DNA of 63,840 nucleotides, filler included, from Octopus bimaculoides (Eukaryota), in the NCBI RefSeq assembly GCF_001194135.2. It is 5 parts of 5 records of this genome, joined end to end, with 100 filler letters (N's around TTAATTAATTAA, not from the genome) between each part and the next. Parts side by side here need not be neighbours in the genome. Positions count along the whole stretch, not along the records: positions 62,755 to 63,840 come from NC_068999.1; 4 more parts are not named here. One strand, given 5' to 3'. The notes under the pieces are model-generated. The model was not told where the DNA came from, did not search any database, and saw nothing but the letters and a program-made list of their open reading frames with translations. The position numbers were made by a program, and so were the translations under genes. Every line of letters begins with the position of its first letter. Position 1 is the first letter of the stretch. This document shows, piece by piece, positions 63,407 through 63,840 of the stretch.

Positions 63407-63840
63407 ACTCCCGAACTATATGGCCGTTATATTGACGACTGTATCGGTGCCACCTCACTCTCCCGTGAACATCTTGACTCGTTCCTCTCTTTTGTCCAAT
63501 CATTCCATCCTGCCCTGCACTAATCCACTACAAACATACAGACTCACAATCTTATCTTAACTTCTCCTCCTCCCACCTTAAACACACCAAGCTCTCCATC
63601 CCCTATTCCTAATTCCTCCATCTACGCATGCTCTGTAGTGACAACCCTGACTTTGAGACTCAGTCTCAACTCATGGCTCGCCTTTTCATCCTACGGGGAT
63701 ATCCCCTCACCGCCATCTGCACCGCCCTTGCCAGAGCATGTTCCGTCGACCGTGCATCTGCTCTCTCCTCTCAAACCCACCCTACTGTCTCCGCCTCCCT
63801 TTTCCCCTCACCTACCATCCCACCACCTTACCTCTCCAAC
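63407..63840 (+). pseudogene. Penelope-like element reverse transcriptase fragment
   Basis: PELYGRYIDDCIGATS (YxDD active site)...SFHPALH*, then IHYKHTDSQSYLNFSSSHLKHTKLSIPYS*FLHLRMLCSD...LRGYP, the typical PLE palm and thumb motifs; short internal deletion; runs off the window end. Confidence 0.9.

Overview
Repeat-dense, AT-rich eukaryotic genomic DNA from a gapped draft assembly. The microsatellite load and SINE families look like those I recall from Octopus genomes (inference, not a database hit). Four identical artificial linkers (N44-TTAATTAATTAA-N44) split the window into five joined blocks: 1-14650, 14751-33230, 33331-50668, 50769-62654 and 62755-63840. Adjacency across the linkers is not guaranteed. 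Nearly all ORF-track entries are microsatellite or N-gap artefacts. Well-supported content is mobile DNA: a terminus-to-terminus internally deleted Helitron with a decayed PIF1-type helicase (33439-36009), a short non-autonomous Helitron, a Helentron-type element, a TIR-complete maT/mariner (DD37D-type) deletion derivative, a Tc1 DD34E transposase remnant, piggyBac-like and TA-site MITEs, a GGATC-ended element with an 8-9 bp TSD carrying converging telomeric repeats, Penelope-like RT, RTE, CR1/L2-like and R4/Dong LINE remnants, and many copies of several SINE families. No host gene is identifiable with confidence, but phase-compatible candidate exons occur at 26980-31263 and 40939-46711. No rRNA, true tRNA or CRISPR array was found. 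I see no clearly novel system. The best leads are a very AT-rich Asn-rich open frame abutting a Penelope RT in-frame, the telomere-repeat fold-back element, the candidate unknown gene, a CpG-decay contrast between blocks, and several perfect hairpins.
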